From IMG/VR virus record IMGVR_UViG_3300029868_000018: a stretch of 64,000 nt of DNA. The stretch is one strand, 5' to 3'. This document shows positions 30,781 to 39,022 of this stretch, piece by piece. The position numbers and the translations under genes were made by a program. Source of the stretch: a virus. Position 1 is the first letter of the stretch. The number at the start of each line of letters is the position of its first letter. The notes under the pieces are model-generated. The model was not told where the DNA came from, searched no databases, and saw only the letters and a list, made by a program, of their open reading frames with translations.

Positions 30781-31107
30781 ATGGCACACGAATTTAACAC
30801 AGCACCCGAAGGAATGAAAGAAATTTCATTAGAAGAATTTACTAAACACATGTTTCATTATGTTTTAGGACAGCCCGACAGCAAGCAAGTTACAGACCCT
30901 AGAAATTACGGATTAAGAATGTTTCCTTTAGGATATGGAAAAGAAAAGGAGGATTTAGGGTTTGCGATAATGAACGACTGGTTTAATGATGAAACTAAAA
31001 AAAATAGAGACAAACCATTAATTCGTTTTTTCAGATACGGAAGCCGCGAAAAATGGAACAAATTTACAGCACATTTTATAGGACAATTTCAAGGGGATAA
31101 CTCTTAA
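30781..31107 (+). CDS. hypothetical early protein
   Basis: 108-aa track ORF. Confidence 0.6.
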   Translation: MAHEFNTAPEGMKEISLEEFTKHMFHYVLGQPDSKQVTDPRNYGLRMFPLGYGKEKEDLGFAIMNDWFNDETKKNRDKPLIRFFRYGSREKWNKFTAHFIGQFQGDNS

Positions 31108-31136
31108 TTAAAAACAACAATTTTAAAATAAATATT

Positions 31137-31460
31137 ATGAAAACAATTAAATTAGGATGCTTATTACTGGATAACAAAGAAATCATGTTCAACGGCAGAA
31201 GCTTAGGCTTTTTTAAAGATGAAGAAATTGAAAAATTTGTAACCTACGAAAAGAAAGTAGAAACAGCATTACTAAACCTATTTATTGTATTAGAACAACA
31301 GCAAATAGGAAACCACGAACTACTTACAATCTTAAAAGAGGTTGAAATCCACACGCAATGCGGAGTAACTATTGAAGAAGACGGAGAAGTATGGGTAATA
31401 GGTGTTAACCACTCCATAGAAGTTACTGAGTATTGTAAATCATTTATTTTAATAGAGTAA
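31137..31460 (+). CDS. hypothetical early protein
   Basis: 107-aa track ORF. Confidence 0.6.
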   Translation: MKTIKLGCLLLDNKEIMFNGRSLGFFKDEEIEKFVTYEKKVETALLNLFIVLEQQQIGNHELLTILKEVEIHTQCGVTIEEDGEVWVIGVNHSIEVTEYCKSFILIE

Positions 31461-31472
31461 AAACCCGCGAAA

Positions 31473-31646
31473 ATGAAAAAAATACAAATAGGAGAAACCT
31501 TAACAGGAAATCTAAAAGAAGGTACATGGACTTTTGAAATTGAAGGAGACATGGAATTGAAAGCGGGTAAATTTGCGATCATAGAAATTACTAACCTTAG
31601 CCTTATTCAATTAACCAATTTAGAAAACTTTATAAACGCCCTTTAA
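31473..31646 (+). CDS. 57-aa ORF not in the track
   Basis: ATG 31473 to TAA 31646 (MKKIQIGETLTGNLKEGTWTFEIEGD..). The next ATG is at 31648. Confidence 0.45.
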   Translation: MKKIQIGETLTGNLKEGTWTFEIEGDMELKAGKFAIIEITNLSLIQLTNLENFINAL

Positions 31647-31647
31647 A

Positions 31648-31905
31648 ATGCAAATAGAAATATCTTTTAATGTACAAGAATCTAAAAGCGTAATAAGCTA
31701 TGAACAGGCACAGGCACAAAAGGAAATTTTTGACCTATCAAGCGAGTATAGAGGCAAGCAAGAAACCGCCCGTTATTTAATGGGAAACAGACGGGGAGCG
31801 TGGGGAAGAACAACCCAAGCCGACGAAAAAAGAAGCAACCAATTAGCAAATTTAAAAATCAAAATAGGAATAAAGCAAAGAGCTTTTAACGAAAAATATA
31901 TATAA
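31648..31905 (+). CDS. hypothetical early protein
   Basis: 85-aa track ORF. Confidence 0.55.
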   Translation: MQIEISFNVQESKSVISYEQAQAQKEIFDLSSEYRGKQETARYLMGNRRGAWGRTTQADEKRSNQLANLKIKIGIKQRAFNEKYI

Positions 31906-31907
31906 TT

Positions 31908-32207
31908 ATGAAAAATTTTAAAGGAACACCGTTTACATGGAAAGCATTGCCGTCACATAGTCAACAAATAGATATAGTTGCAGGAGGCGGGACAGTAATA
32001 GCCACAGTAAAGCCAAGAGATTTAAAAGGAGAAGCAAAAGCCAACGCCAAAGTAATGGCAGCCTCTAAAGAATTATTAGAGGCATTAGAATTATCAAATA
32101 AATGGCTTATAAAAATATTGCCGATGGTTTCTAATTCAAAAGATTTTACCGACGCTTTAACTTATGGCATTAAAAGAAATAATGAAGTGCTAAACAAAGC
32201 CCTATGA
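31908..32207 (+). CDS. hypothetical early protein
   Basis: 99-aa track ORF. Confidence 0.6.
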   Translation: MKNFKGTPFTWKALPSHSQQIDIVAGGGTVIATVKPRDLKGEAKANAKVMAASKELLEALELSNKWLIKILPMVSNSKDFTDALTYGIKRNNEVLNKAL

Positions 32208-32383
32208 TAACTCTAAGCATAAGCACCTATACAGAGGTAAACGAAAAGCAATACAAGATCATAGTAGCGAGATATTCTTTTGCTATTGGCTACAGTATAA
32301 AAGCCGAAAAGTATTTTATAAAGCCCTTTCTTTTTTTAGGGTATAAAGCGCAAATTGAAAACCAGTTAAACGAATTAAATTAA
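32204..32383 (+). CDS. 59-aa ORF not in the track
   Basis: The ATG at 32204 overlaps the upstream TGA (ATGA). MITLSISTYTEVNEKQYKIIVARYSF.. Confidence 0.45.
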   Translation: MITLSISTYTEVNEKQYKIIVARYSFAIGYSIKAEKYFIKPFLFLGYKAQIENQLNELN

Positions 32384-32388
32384 ATATC

Positions 32389-32754
32389 ATGAAAAACATT
32401 CTAATAATATTAATAATGCTTATTGCATTTACCAACTATTCACAGTCGGACACTTTAAAAAAGCCGTCGGAATTTCAAGCAACAATAGTTTCAGAACTTC
32501 AAAAAACTAATCGTTGGAAGCTTGAAGAAATAACGAGTTTTTATTCTAGGTCTTTTAAAGCATATCATAAAAGTAAGCCGATAATTATTAGTTGGAACAC
32601 AATCGGATTAAGTGTTTACAATAACGAAATGGAAGTTTTTATAAACCTTACCGAAACAGAAGAAAATTCAATAGAACACGCTTTTAATTTATTTATCGGA
32701 GAATTTAAAAAAAGGGAACAAGAAAAAGCTAGAAAAGCATTATCTAAAAATTAG
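32389..32754 (+). CDS. small secreted protein
   Basis: 121 aa with a signal-peptide-like MKNILIILIMLIAFTNYSQ. Confidence 0.6.
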   Translation: MKNILIILIMLIAFTNYSQSDTLKKPSEFQATIVSELQKTNRWKLEEITSFYSRSFKAYHKSKPIIISWNTIGLSVYNNEMEVFINLTETEENSIEHAFNLFIGEFKKREQEKARKALSKN

Positions 32755-32756
32755 CT

Positions 32757-33107
32757 ATGAGCGAAACAATGAAAAAATGTTGTGGGCTATGCCCGTATTC
32801 TAGGAAAAACACACTATTCCTACACCCTGAAAGAGCGACTGATTTTGCTTATTCTGCCGAAAACCCTTATAGTGATTTTGTATGTCATAAAACAGGAGTA
32901 ACACATGAAGACCTCCCCGACGAAGACAGGCAAAACGAAATAGTAAGAGGTGAAAAGTCATTAGCTTGCGCAGGTTTTCACGCAATGCAACATATTTTAA
33001 ACGGAACAGAAGAAAAATCTGAAATAGAAATTGACTACAGAGATCATTTTTCAGATACTTACGAAATGATTGAACACCACGAAGAAGAATATTATAAAAA
33101 CCGATAA
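32757..33107 (+). CDS. Cys-rich protein
   Basis: 116 aa with CCGLCPYS .. FVCHKT .. LACAGFH. Confidence 0.6.
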   Translation: MSETMKKCCGLCPYSRKNTLFLHPERATDFAYSAENPYSDFVCHKTGVTHEDLPDEDRQNEIVRGEKSLACAGFHAMQHILNGTEEKSEIEIDYRDHFSDTYEMIEHHEEEYYKNR

Positions 33108-33109
33108 CC

Positions 33110-33283
33110 ATGCAAAAAAATATTGTAATCATATTACTGATAATCTTAACTCCTATTTCTTTTTACTTAGGAAAACAAACCCATAAAAAAGAGGTAATAG
33201 ACAGAGCTAAAACAATTCCTGAAATGGGTTGTTATACTGAACTTGACATTGAAATTATTGTTTTTGGCGAAAGTCAGGAATAA
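33110..33283 (+). CDS. 57-aa membrane ORF not in the track
   Basis: ATG 33110 to TAA 33283, with TM NIVIILLIILTPISFYL. Confidence 0.45.
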   Translation: MQKNIVIILLIILTPISFYLGKQTHKKEVIDRAKTIPEMGCYTELDIEIIVFGESQE

Positions 33284-33315
33284 ACGAAGATCCATTAACC
33301 GAAAAAAATTATAAA

Positions 33316-33627
33316 ATGTATTATATCTTAACAACTAAAAAAGACAGGGGAATTCTTGTTACTCAAGATTTCAATAAATGCTATGATTTTATCATAAAGC
33401 ATAATGATACGAAAATTCGGCAAATGGATTATTCGGCAAAGCCCCGCATTTTTGACCGACGGGAGTTTTTAACCACCTTCAGGGAGCGCGTAGAAGATAT
33501 TAACAAGTTTTTTATTTTGACCGACGCTCTAGTAAAAGGAAAGACCAACGTTTTGCATTTTTTAAGCAAGCTAAATTTAACTTTGGAGTATAATGCTCAT
33601 AAAGAACATTATAGTAAACTATTGTAA
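33316..33627 (+). CDS. hypothetical early protein
   Basis: 103-aa track ORF. Confidence 0.6.
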   Translation: MYYILTTKKDRGILVTQDFNKCYDFIIKHNDTKIRQMDYSAKPRIFDRREFLTTFRERVEDINKFFILTDALVKGKTNVLHFLSKLNLTLEYNAHKEHYSKLL

Positions 33628-33628
33628 T

Positions 33629-33874
33629 ATGGAAAATTTAAAATCAAAAATCTCTCGTTGGAGAGAAAAAAGAAAACGCAAACAACACTTAGATAATATC
33701 AATTCAACCATTACAGGATTGTATCTAAGAATAACCGAATCAGGATTTAAAGAAGTTGAACAGGTTAATATTTTAAAAGCCGTCACAGACAAGATTAAGC
33801 ACGATAAAAGCCAAAACTGTATAGTTTATCGAACACAAGCAAGCGAACTATATACAGCGCTAAAACTACTATAA
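33629..33874 (+). CDS. hypothetical early protein
   Basis: The track ORF starts at 33593. The ATG at 33629 (MENLKSK..) follows the upstream stop directly. Confidence 0.55.
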   Translation: MENLKSKISRWREKRKRKQHLDNINSTITGLYLRITESGFKEVEQVNILKAVTDKIKHDKSQNCIVYRTQASELYTALKLL

Positions 33875-33884
33875 AGCCACAACC

Positions 33885-34286
33885 ATGAGTTTAAAATATA
33901 AATGTATTTCCGCCCATAAAAAGCTAGTTAAAAAGTACAAAAGAGAATTGTGCAAACACAACAGCAAAAACCAACTCATGTCTTTAAATTTGTTGTTTAA
34001 AGAAGACCTAGAGGCGTTTCAAAAAGAGTTTTCAGATTGGGAGACGCATTTGTATTTTGGCACGAAAGAAAAAAGGAGTTTAGAAGGCTTAGGCTTGACT
34101 AATGGGGAGAAAGTAACGTTTACTTATATGGATATAGATGTTAGGGGTGTTGTGCGTAAATATACACTTTTAACACTACAGCTATTGTTATTAGAGGATT
34201 ATGTAAAAAACAATACAACTTGGTATAAAGGAGAAAAAAAATACTTCTCCATAGATTGTATAGAGGATTTTAAAATAATTAGCTAA
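33885..34286 (+). CDS. hypothetical early protein
   Basis: 133-aa track ORF. Its stop TAA is the first triplet of the TAACGAATTTGG element. Confidence 0.6.
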   Translation: MSLKYKCISAHKKLVKKYKRELCKHNSKNQLMSLNLLFKEDLEAFQKEFSDWETHLYFGTKEKRSLEGLGLTNGEKVTFTYMDIDVRGVVRKYTLLTLQLLLLEDYVKNNTTWYKGEKKYFSIDCIEDFKIIS

Positions 34287-34318
34287 CGAATTTGGGTATG
34301 GTTAGATTTTTAACGATT
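34284..34318 (+). repeat. conserved intergenic element, copy A (TAACGAATTTGGGTATGGTTAGATTTTTAACGATT)
   Basis: 34 of 35 nt identical to copy B at 35254. It starts at the stop codon of the upstream gene. Confidence 0.7.
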
Positions 34319-34333
34319 TAATAAAAAATAATT

Positions 34334-34417
34334 ATGGATAACATAGATAAAATTAATGAACAAATAAATGAGGTTATAAACGCTTTAGAAGATAGACACT
34401 TAAAATTAACATTATGA
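34334..34417 (+). CDS. 27-aa ORF not in the track
   Basis: ATG 34334 to TGA 34417 (MDNIDKINEQINEVINALEDRHLKLTL), with an ATGA overlap to the next gene. Confidence 0.3.
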   Translation: MDNIDKINEQINEVINALEDRHLKLTL

Positions 34418-34725
34418 ATTACAATACACTTATTGAAATGGCACAAGAACAAGGTAAAGACGAAACCTTTATAGACTTACTAAAAAACAAACCACTATAC
34501 CCGATTGAATTTACGGATCATAATACTGGTGAATTTGGTAAGAAAATAGAATTTACAGGAAACACGTCTGAAACAGGAATTAAACAAAACGGATTGGGTT
34601 ACGTGCTTGGAATTGCTAGACATAACCCTAACGTTGGTAGAGAAACAGGTTGGATGGAAATTTTGTTTTTGGATGGAACGGTTTACGGTTTGTTTTTTGA
34701 CGATATTAATTTTTATTGTTTATAA
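34414..34725 (+). CDS. hypothetical early protein
   Basis: 103-aa track ORF. Confidence 0.6.
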   Translation: MNYNTLIEMAQEQGKDETFIDLLKNKPLYPIEFTDHNTGEFGKKIEFTGNTSETGIKQNGLGYVLGIARHNPNVGRETGWMEILFLDGTVYGLFFDDINFYCL

Positions 34726-34748
34726 CGAAAATAATAAATACTGAAGCG

Positions 34749-34994
34749 ATGACACAAGTACATGAAATATTAGAAAAATACACATGGTTAAATGACGGTA
34801 GAAAAGCTGAGTTGAAAAATGAGCTTTTGGATTTATTTGGTGTTAGCGGTTCGTTGGAGCTGCTACAAAAAGAAAGAGAACGACTACACACCGAAAGAAC
34901 TGTATTGACACCAGACTGGATGTGTAGTAAGTTAAATAACCAACTACATGCTGTATGGATTGCAGAAGAGTTAGTGAAAGGTAATAACCAATGA
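34749..34994 (+). CDS. hypothetical early protein
   Basis: The track ORF begins at TTG 34716. The first ATG is 34749 (MTQVHEILEKY..). Confidence 0.55.
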   Translation: MTQVHEILEKYTWLNDGRKAELKNELLDLFGVSGSLELLQKERERLHTERTVLTPDWMCSKLNNQLHAVWIAEELVKGNNQ

Positions 34995-35049
34995 CCGCTA
35001 ACGTTAAGTATAAATGCCGTTGCGATATACGGCACTAAATTAAAAAGAT

Positions 35050-35256
35050 ATGAGTAAAGAAAGCAATGGAATTTATACAGTGTTACCTACCGTTTACCCT
35101 TTGATTGATAATAAACTATGGTACGCTGAGAATGGAACAGTTTACAATGAAGCGGATGAAGATTTTAGAATTTTAATGGTTTGCGGAGAAAATAGTGAAA
35201 TGAACTTACCTAATGATGTAGCAGAAAAAATAGCTGAATATCTAAATGGTAGGTAA
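35050..35256 (+). CDS. hypothetical early protein
   Basis: 68-aa track ORF. Its stop TAA starts element copy B. Confidence 0.55.
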   Translation: MSKESNGIYTVLPTVYPLIDNKLWYAENGTVYNEADEDFRILMVCGENSEMNLPNDVAEKIAEYLNGR

Positions 35257-35288
35257 CGAATTTGGGTATGCTTAGATTTTTAACGATT
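35254..35288 (+). repeat. conserved intergenic element, copy B
   Basis: TAACGAATTTGGGTATGCTTAGATTTTTAACGATT, with the ATG at 35303 downstream. Confidence 0.7.
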
Positions 35289-35302
35289 AAAAAACAGAAA
35301 CA

Positions 35303-35608
35303 ATGAATTTAAAACAGATAAAAGAAAAAATTGACAAAATTAAAAATAATAAAGATATAGAGAATATTGAAAGTATTTTAGGTTATGGTGATTTAGGATA
35401 TAAAATAATAGAAGTATTGGACGCGGTTAAAAAATTAACTATACCCGTTGTTATGCCTAGTTCTTTTTCGTTTGATAACTACACTAAGCAAAAAGGCGAT
35501 TGCCAAGACTGTATTTTAGTAAATGACTGTAGACCCCATAACGCTACCGTTACAATGGAAGGTAAGGAATATACTTGCCCTTTAAAGTTTGAGCAAAATT
35601 GGGCATAA
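35303..35608 (+). CDS. hypothetical early protein with a Cys-rich C-terminus
   Basis: 101 aa with GDCQDCILVNDC..YTCP. Confidence 0.6.
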   Translation: MNLKQIKEKIDKIKNNKDIENIESILGYGDLGYKIIEVLDAVKKLTIPVVMPSSFSFDNYTKQKGDCQDCILVNDCRPHNATVTMEGKEYTCPLKFEQNWA

Positions 35609-35640
35609 GTACTCGTATATGATTAGTCACGGATTAAAAG
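35606..35640 (+). repeat. degenerate copy of the intergenic element (GTATATGAT..CGGA core)
   Basis: TAAGTACTCGTATATGATTAGTCACGGATTAAAAG resembles the core of copy D (TTGTATATGATGTCGGAATTTTA). Confidence 0.35.
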
Positions 35641-35664
35641 AAAAAAACTTAAATAAATAACGAA

Positions 35665-35937
35665 ATGAAAGCAAAAAAAATTAGTAAAGAAAACTTATTA
35701 AATAGAGGTTTTACAAAGGAATACGCTGATAGAATAGATGGATTTTACTTATTACAAAATGTAGATGATAAGTTTTATTTTACGGTAGATTTCAAAACAA
35801 TGACCGTATCAATACAATTAAATGGTTACGGACATATTAAGAGATTAAACAACATAGAAACTATTACTGATTTTGATAATCTATTTTTTGCGGTTACAGG
35901 CAATAAAGTAGAGGTTAAAGACTTAGTTAGTGATTAA
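35665..35937 (+). CDS. hypothetical early protein
   Basis: 90-aa track ORF. Confidence 0.6.
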   Translation: MKAKKISKENLLNRGFTKEYADRIDGFYLLQNVDDKFYFTVDFKTMTVSIQLNGYGHIKRLNNIETITDFDNLFFAVTGNKVEVKDLVSD

Positions 35938-35948
35938 TTATATACGTT

Positions 35949-35977
35949 GTTGTTGTGTCGTTTTAATGCACTACAAC
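35949..35977 (+). repeat. intergenic hairpin related to the GTTGTTGTT family (copy 4)
   Basis: GTTGTTGTG pairs with CACTACAAC (8 of 9 bp) around an 11-nt loop. Preceded by ATATACGTTGTT, as at 30687. Confidence 0.4.
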
Positions 35978-36025
35978 TTTACAGTATAACATTAGTAGTG
36001 TGAAATAATAATAAAATTTAATACA

Positions 36026-36160
36026 ATGGATGATTTAATTAAAATACTTGAAGAAATAAAAGAACATCAAATGCAGACAGTACAATTAGCTAGAACAACA
36101 AAAATATATAAATTAGCTGAAAAAGGTATAGAAACTATTAATGTTATGCGTAGTTATTAA
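36026..36160 (+). CDS. 44-aa ORF not in the track
   Basis: ATG 36026 to TAA 36160 (MDDLIKILEEIKEHQMQTVQLARTTK..). Confidence 0.4.
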   Translation: MDDLIKILEEIKEHQMQTVQLARTTKIYKLAEKGIETINVMRSY

Positions 36161-36170
36161 CTGTGCTATT

Positions 36171-36189
36171 TGTTCATGTAACATGAACA
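36171..36189 (+). promoter_or_regulatory. perfect 8-bp hairpin with a 3-nt loop
   Basis: TGTTCATG-TAA-CATGAACA, then an A-run. No U-tract follows. Confidence 0.35.
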
Positions 36190-36384
36190 GTCTAAAAAAA
36201 TGAACAACAAAAAAATATAAAAAATGGAAATACTAGATATATATTTAATAATAGTACACGTTTTAGCTTGTTATGGTATTTGGAAAATGCCTACGGATTA
36301 AAAACAAATAGTATTGTTTATAACTTTACAGGGTATGGCACGTTGCGAATAAAAAGAATTTAATTAATATAAAATTATATAAAA

Positions 36385-36525
36385 ATGGAAGATTTAAACA
36401 GACTTTTTGATGGAATACTTAAAGAAGATATGAGCGCAGACCTTCGGACTATGTTAATGGAGTTGTCTATTATGGTAGATAAACTACAAAAGCAATGTGA
36501 TATACCTAGTGTTATAAATAGTTAA
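36385..36525 (+). CDS. 46-aa ORF not in the track
   Basis: ATG 36385 to TAA 36525 (MEDLNRLFDGILKEDMSADLRTMLMEL..). Confidence 0.4.
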   Translation: MEDLNRLFDGILKEDMSADLRTMLMELSIMVDKLQKQCDIPSVINS

Positions 36526-36529
36526 AATT

Positions 36530-36700
36530 ATGAAAAAATTTACAATGGAAGATATAGTTGATATTGCAAAAGCTAGATACCCAATACAAACAGTAAGAGA
36601 TATTGATGGTGATTATTATGACGCAAATAAAAACGAAAGACAATCTTTTGGAATAGGAATGATGACCGCATTTAAGTTATCAAAAACATTTACTAAATAA
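36530..36700 (+). CDS. 56-aa ORF not in the track
   Basis: ATG 36530 to TAA 36700 (MKKFTMEDIVDIAKARYPIQTVRDIDG..). Confidence 0.45.
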   Translation: MKKFTMEDIVDIAKARYPIQTVRDIDGDYYDANKNERQSFGIGMMTAFKLSKTFTK

Positions 36701-36712
36701 TTTTTATTTTTA

Positions 36713-36762
36713 TAACGAATTTGGCTATGATTACGTTTTATTTTTCACAAAATGAATTATAG
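36713..36762 (+). repeat. conserved intergenic element, copy C (long form)
   Basis: TAACGAATTTGGCTATGATTACGTTTTATTTTTCACAAAATGAATTATAGG. Shares the extension TTTTATTTTTC..AAAAT..GAATTATA with copy D. Confidence 0.6.
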
Positions 36763-36810
36763 GTATTGTTATGTGTAGTGCGACTGAATAATAACTAAAA
36801 TTTTATAAAA

Positions 36811-37011
36811 ATGGAAATACAAATTGAAGAACACGAAGAAGAAACGACTTGGCAAGAAGAACAAGAACAACACGATTTTGAAAACGAAATGACAGAAGAA
36901 AACGACGATTATGGATTTGGAAGTTGCCCTAAATGTGGTAGCAAAAAATATGTAAGCGTGGCAAGAGGTGAAAACTGTGATGACTGCGGTTATTTTGTAC
37001 ACTACCCTTAG
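36811..37011 (+). CDS. acidic zinc-ribbon protein
   Basis: 66 aa. Glu-rich N-terminus, then CPKCGSKKY..CDDCGY. Confidence 0.6.
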   Translation: MEIQIEEHEEETTWQEEQEQHDFENEMTEENDDYGFGSCPKCGSKKYVSVARGENCDDCGYFVHYP

Positions 37012-37020
37012 CATTACACA

Positions 37021-37078
37021 TAACGAATTGTATATGATGTCGGAATTTTATTTTTCTTAAAATTATGAATTATATACG
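37021..37078 (+). repeat. conserved intergenic element, copy D (long form)
   Basis: TAACGAATTGTATATGATGTCGGAATTTTATTTTTCTTAAAATTATGAATTATATACGG, about 65 nt upstream of the methyltransferase ATG. Confidence 0.6.
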
Positions 37079-37143
37079 GTGTTAACTGCTTTTATTTTTT
37101 GAGCGTTGGCAAATTAATTTTAGTAAAAATTAAAATATAGATT

Positions 37144-37830
37144 ATGAGTAAACCGAAATTATTAGAATTATTTGCAGGAAGTAGATCCTGGGGTAAAATA
37201 GCAGAAGAATTAGGGTATGAAGTTTTTAGCGTAGACCACAAACCTTTTGATGGTATTGATTTAGTTATTGATATTGAAGATTTAACGGAAGAAATGTTGC
37301 CTTGGATACCTGATGTAGTAATTGACGGAAGACCTTGTACAACATTTTCTATGGCAGCAGGAAGAACGCATAGGCTGAAACCAAACTTTGACCCAAAAAC
37401 ACCATTTGCTGCAAAGTGTGATAGGATGAATATTAAATTAAACAACCTTTATAAAAAATGGAATTGTATTTATTACATTGAAAACCCAAGGGCAATGTTG
37501 CGTAAAATGCCATATATGAAAGGAATGAACAGAGCGACCGTTTGGTATTGTAAGTATGGGGATTTTAGAGCAAAGCCGACTGATATTTTCAGCAATAACA
37601 TTTACGATTCTTTTAATTTAAAAGGGTGGAAACCTAGACCAATGTGCAAAAACTTTAAATACAATAAAGAAACTGGCGAAATAATAGATAAACATTGCCA
37701 CCACGAAAGCGCAAGGCGTGGAGCAAAAACAGGAACGCAAGGACTTAAAGGGAATTACGAAAGAAGCAAAGTACCTAAAGAATTATGCGAAGAGATTTTA
37801 ACGCAAACATTGGCACGTGTAGATGGCTAA
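37144..37830 (+). CDS. compact DNA (cytosine-5)-methyltransferase
   Basis: 228 aa. Motif I LELFAGSRSWG, motif IV GRPCTTFS (catalytic Pro-Cys), motif VI IENPRAML. No adjacent restriction gene. Confidence 0.7.
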   Translation: MSKPKLLELFAGSRSWGKIAEELGYEVFSVDHKPFDGIDLVIDIEDLTEEMLPWIPDVVIDGRPCTTFSMAAGRTHRLKPNFDPKTPFAAKCDRMNIKLNNLYKKWNCIYYIENPRAMLRKMPYMKGMNRATVWYCKYGDFRAKPTDIFSNNIYDSFNLKGWKPRPMCKNFKYNKETGEIIDKHCHHESARRGAKTGTQGLKGNYERSKVPKELCEEILTQTLARVDG

Positions 37831-38110
37831 AAAATTATTGCAGTTAACTCCTTTTATCATTAATTGCAAAATACAACCTATGAAGACACTTACAAACATT
37901 GAGCGTTTTGAAAAAGCATTGAATAATGGAACTTTCAATATGAAAGAAGAATTAGAAATGATAAGCTTGTTAGTTACAAAATACAACTTCATTTCTAAAA
38001 GCGAATACGCAAGAAAAGAAGGCGTTTCTCCACAAGGAGTATTAGCAAGGCTAAAATCTAAAAACGACCCGTATATAAAAATGATTGGGAAAATATTTAT
38101 TATAAACTAA
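37823..38110 (+). CDS. hypothetical protein (possible HTH at the C-terminus)
   Basis: 95-aa track ORF. The start is uncertain: the ATG at 37823 overlaps the MTase stop, and there is an alternative ATG at 37880. Confidence 0.5.
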   Translation: MAKKLLQLTPFIINCKIQPMKTLTNIERFEKALNNGTFNMKEELEMISLLVTKYNFISKSEYARKEGVSPQGVLARLKSKNDPYIKMIGKIFIIN

Positions 38111-38118
38111 ACTATATT

Positions 38119-38694
38119 ATGAAAAAAACAATTTTAATTATACTCCTTGCGACAGGAGTAACAGCACAGGCACAATGGATTTCGTTGCCAAAACAAGAGA
38201 GTTTTCAATTTACAGTATGGACAGATATAATTTCTGCTATAAATGAAGAAATTTTACCGCCTCATATCGGAGTAGAAGTAACGTATTCAGGAGGCGGGTT
38301 TGTCTCTCTAGGAATATCGTATTTTGATTTAACCCCCGCTTATTTCGACATAACAGTTTCAGGAGGTATTAACCTTAATTTATTTAATTTTGATAGGGTA
38401 AGATATTATGCAGGAGGTAGAATAGGTGTTGAATTTAGAGAAGGAAACCCCCACCCTTTAGTTGGAGCAGTACTAGGTTTTGATTGGAAAGCAACCGACA
38501 ATTTTACTATAGGACTAAGAGCTTGGGTAGATTATAGAGCAAGTCAAGATAATCAATTTTATGGCGACGACACCGCTTATATATCGGGGATAATTATAGA
38601 CAATCCAATGACCCAAGAAAACGGGGCTATTGTGTTTAATTATACTTGGGAATGGAAAAAGAAAACTAACAAGCTTAAAGGCACAACACGATAG
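38119..38694 (+). CDS. outer-membrane beta-barrel protein (Lom/OmpX-class)
   Basis: 191 aa. Signal peptide MKKTILIILLATGVTAQAQ. Alternating aromatic/Gly beta-strand pattern (VEVTYSGGGF, YYAGGRIGVEF, VLGFDWKA, TIGLRAWVDY). Confidence 0.6.
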   Translation: MKKTILIILLATGVTAQAQWISLPKQESFQFTVWTDIISAINEEILPPHIGVEVTYSGGGFVSLGISYFDLTPAYFDITVSGGINLNLFNFDRVRYYAGGRIGVEFREGNPHPLVGAVLGFDWKATDNFTIGLRAWVDYRASQDNQFYGDDTAYISGIIIDNPMTQENGAIVFNYTWEWKKKTNKLKGTTR

Positions 38695-38696
38695 TT

Positions 38697-38993
38697 ATGG
38701 AAGATTTAAAAGAACTGCAAATGCTTACAGACGCAATTATAAGACTAAAAGAAAAAAGGATTAATAAGTTTGGTAAAAAGTGGCATTTAAAATTAGCTAA
38801 CAATAACAGGTGGGGCGATAAAACAAAGCTAGAATATGCTAAGAAAATAGAGGAATATATGGCGTTAAACGAACTGACAATAGGAAGGGCTATGGAGAAT
38901 ATTGGCGTAGGCAGAGAGGTGTTTAATAGGCTTAGAAAGCTATCTATAAACACAAAAAACCAATCAAAAATTGAAACTTTTTTTAGTAAATAA
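38697..38993 (+). CDS. hypothetical protein
   Basis: 98-aa track ORF. Confidence 0.6.
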   Translation: MEDLKELQMLTDAIIRLKEKRINKFGKKWHLKLANNNRWGDKTKLEYAKKIEEYMALNELTIGRAMENIGVGREVFNRLRKLSINTKNQSKIETFFSK

Positions 38994-39022
38994 AGCCCTT
39001 ATCATAATTAAAACACAAAGTC

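Noticed and set aside
36234-36311. 25-aa ORF in the 36161..36384 gap, and a 24-aa ORF at 27348..27422
   Set aside because: Both are too short to support without conservation or expression data.
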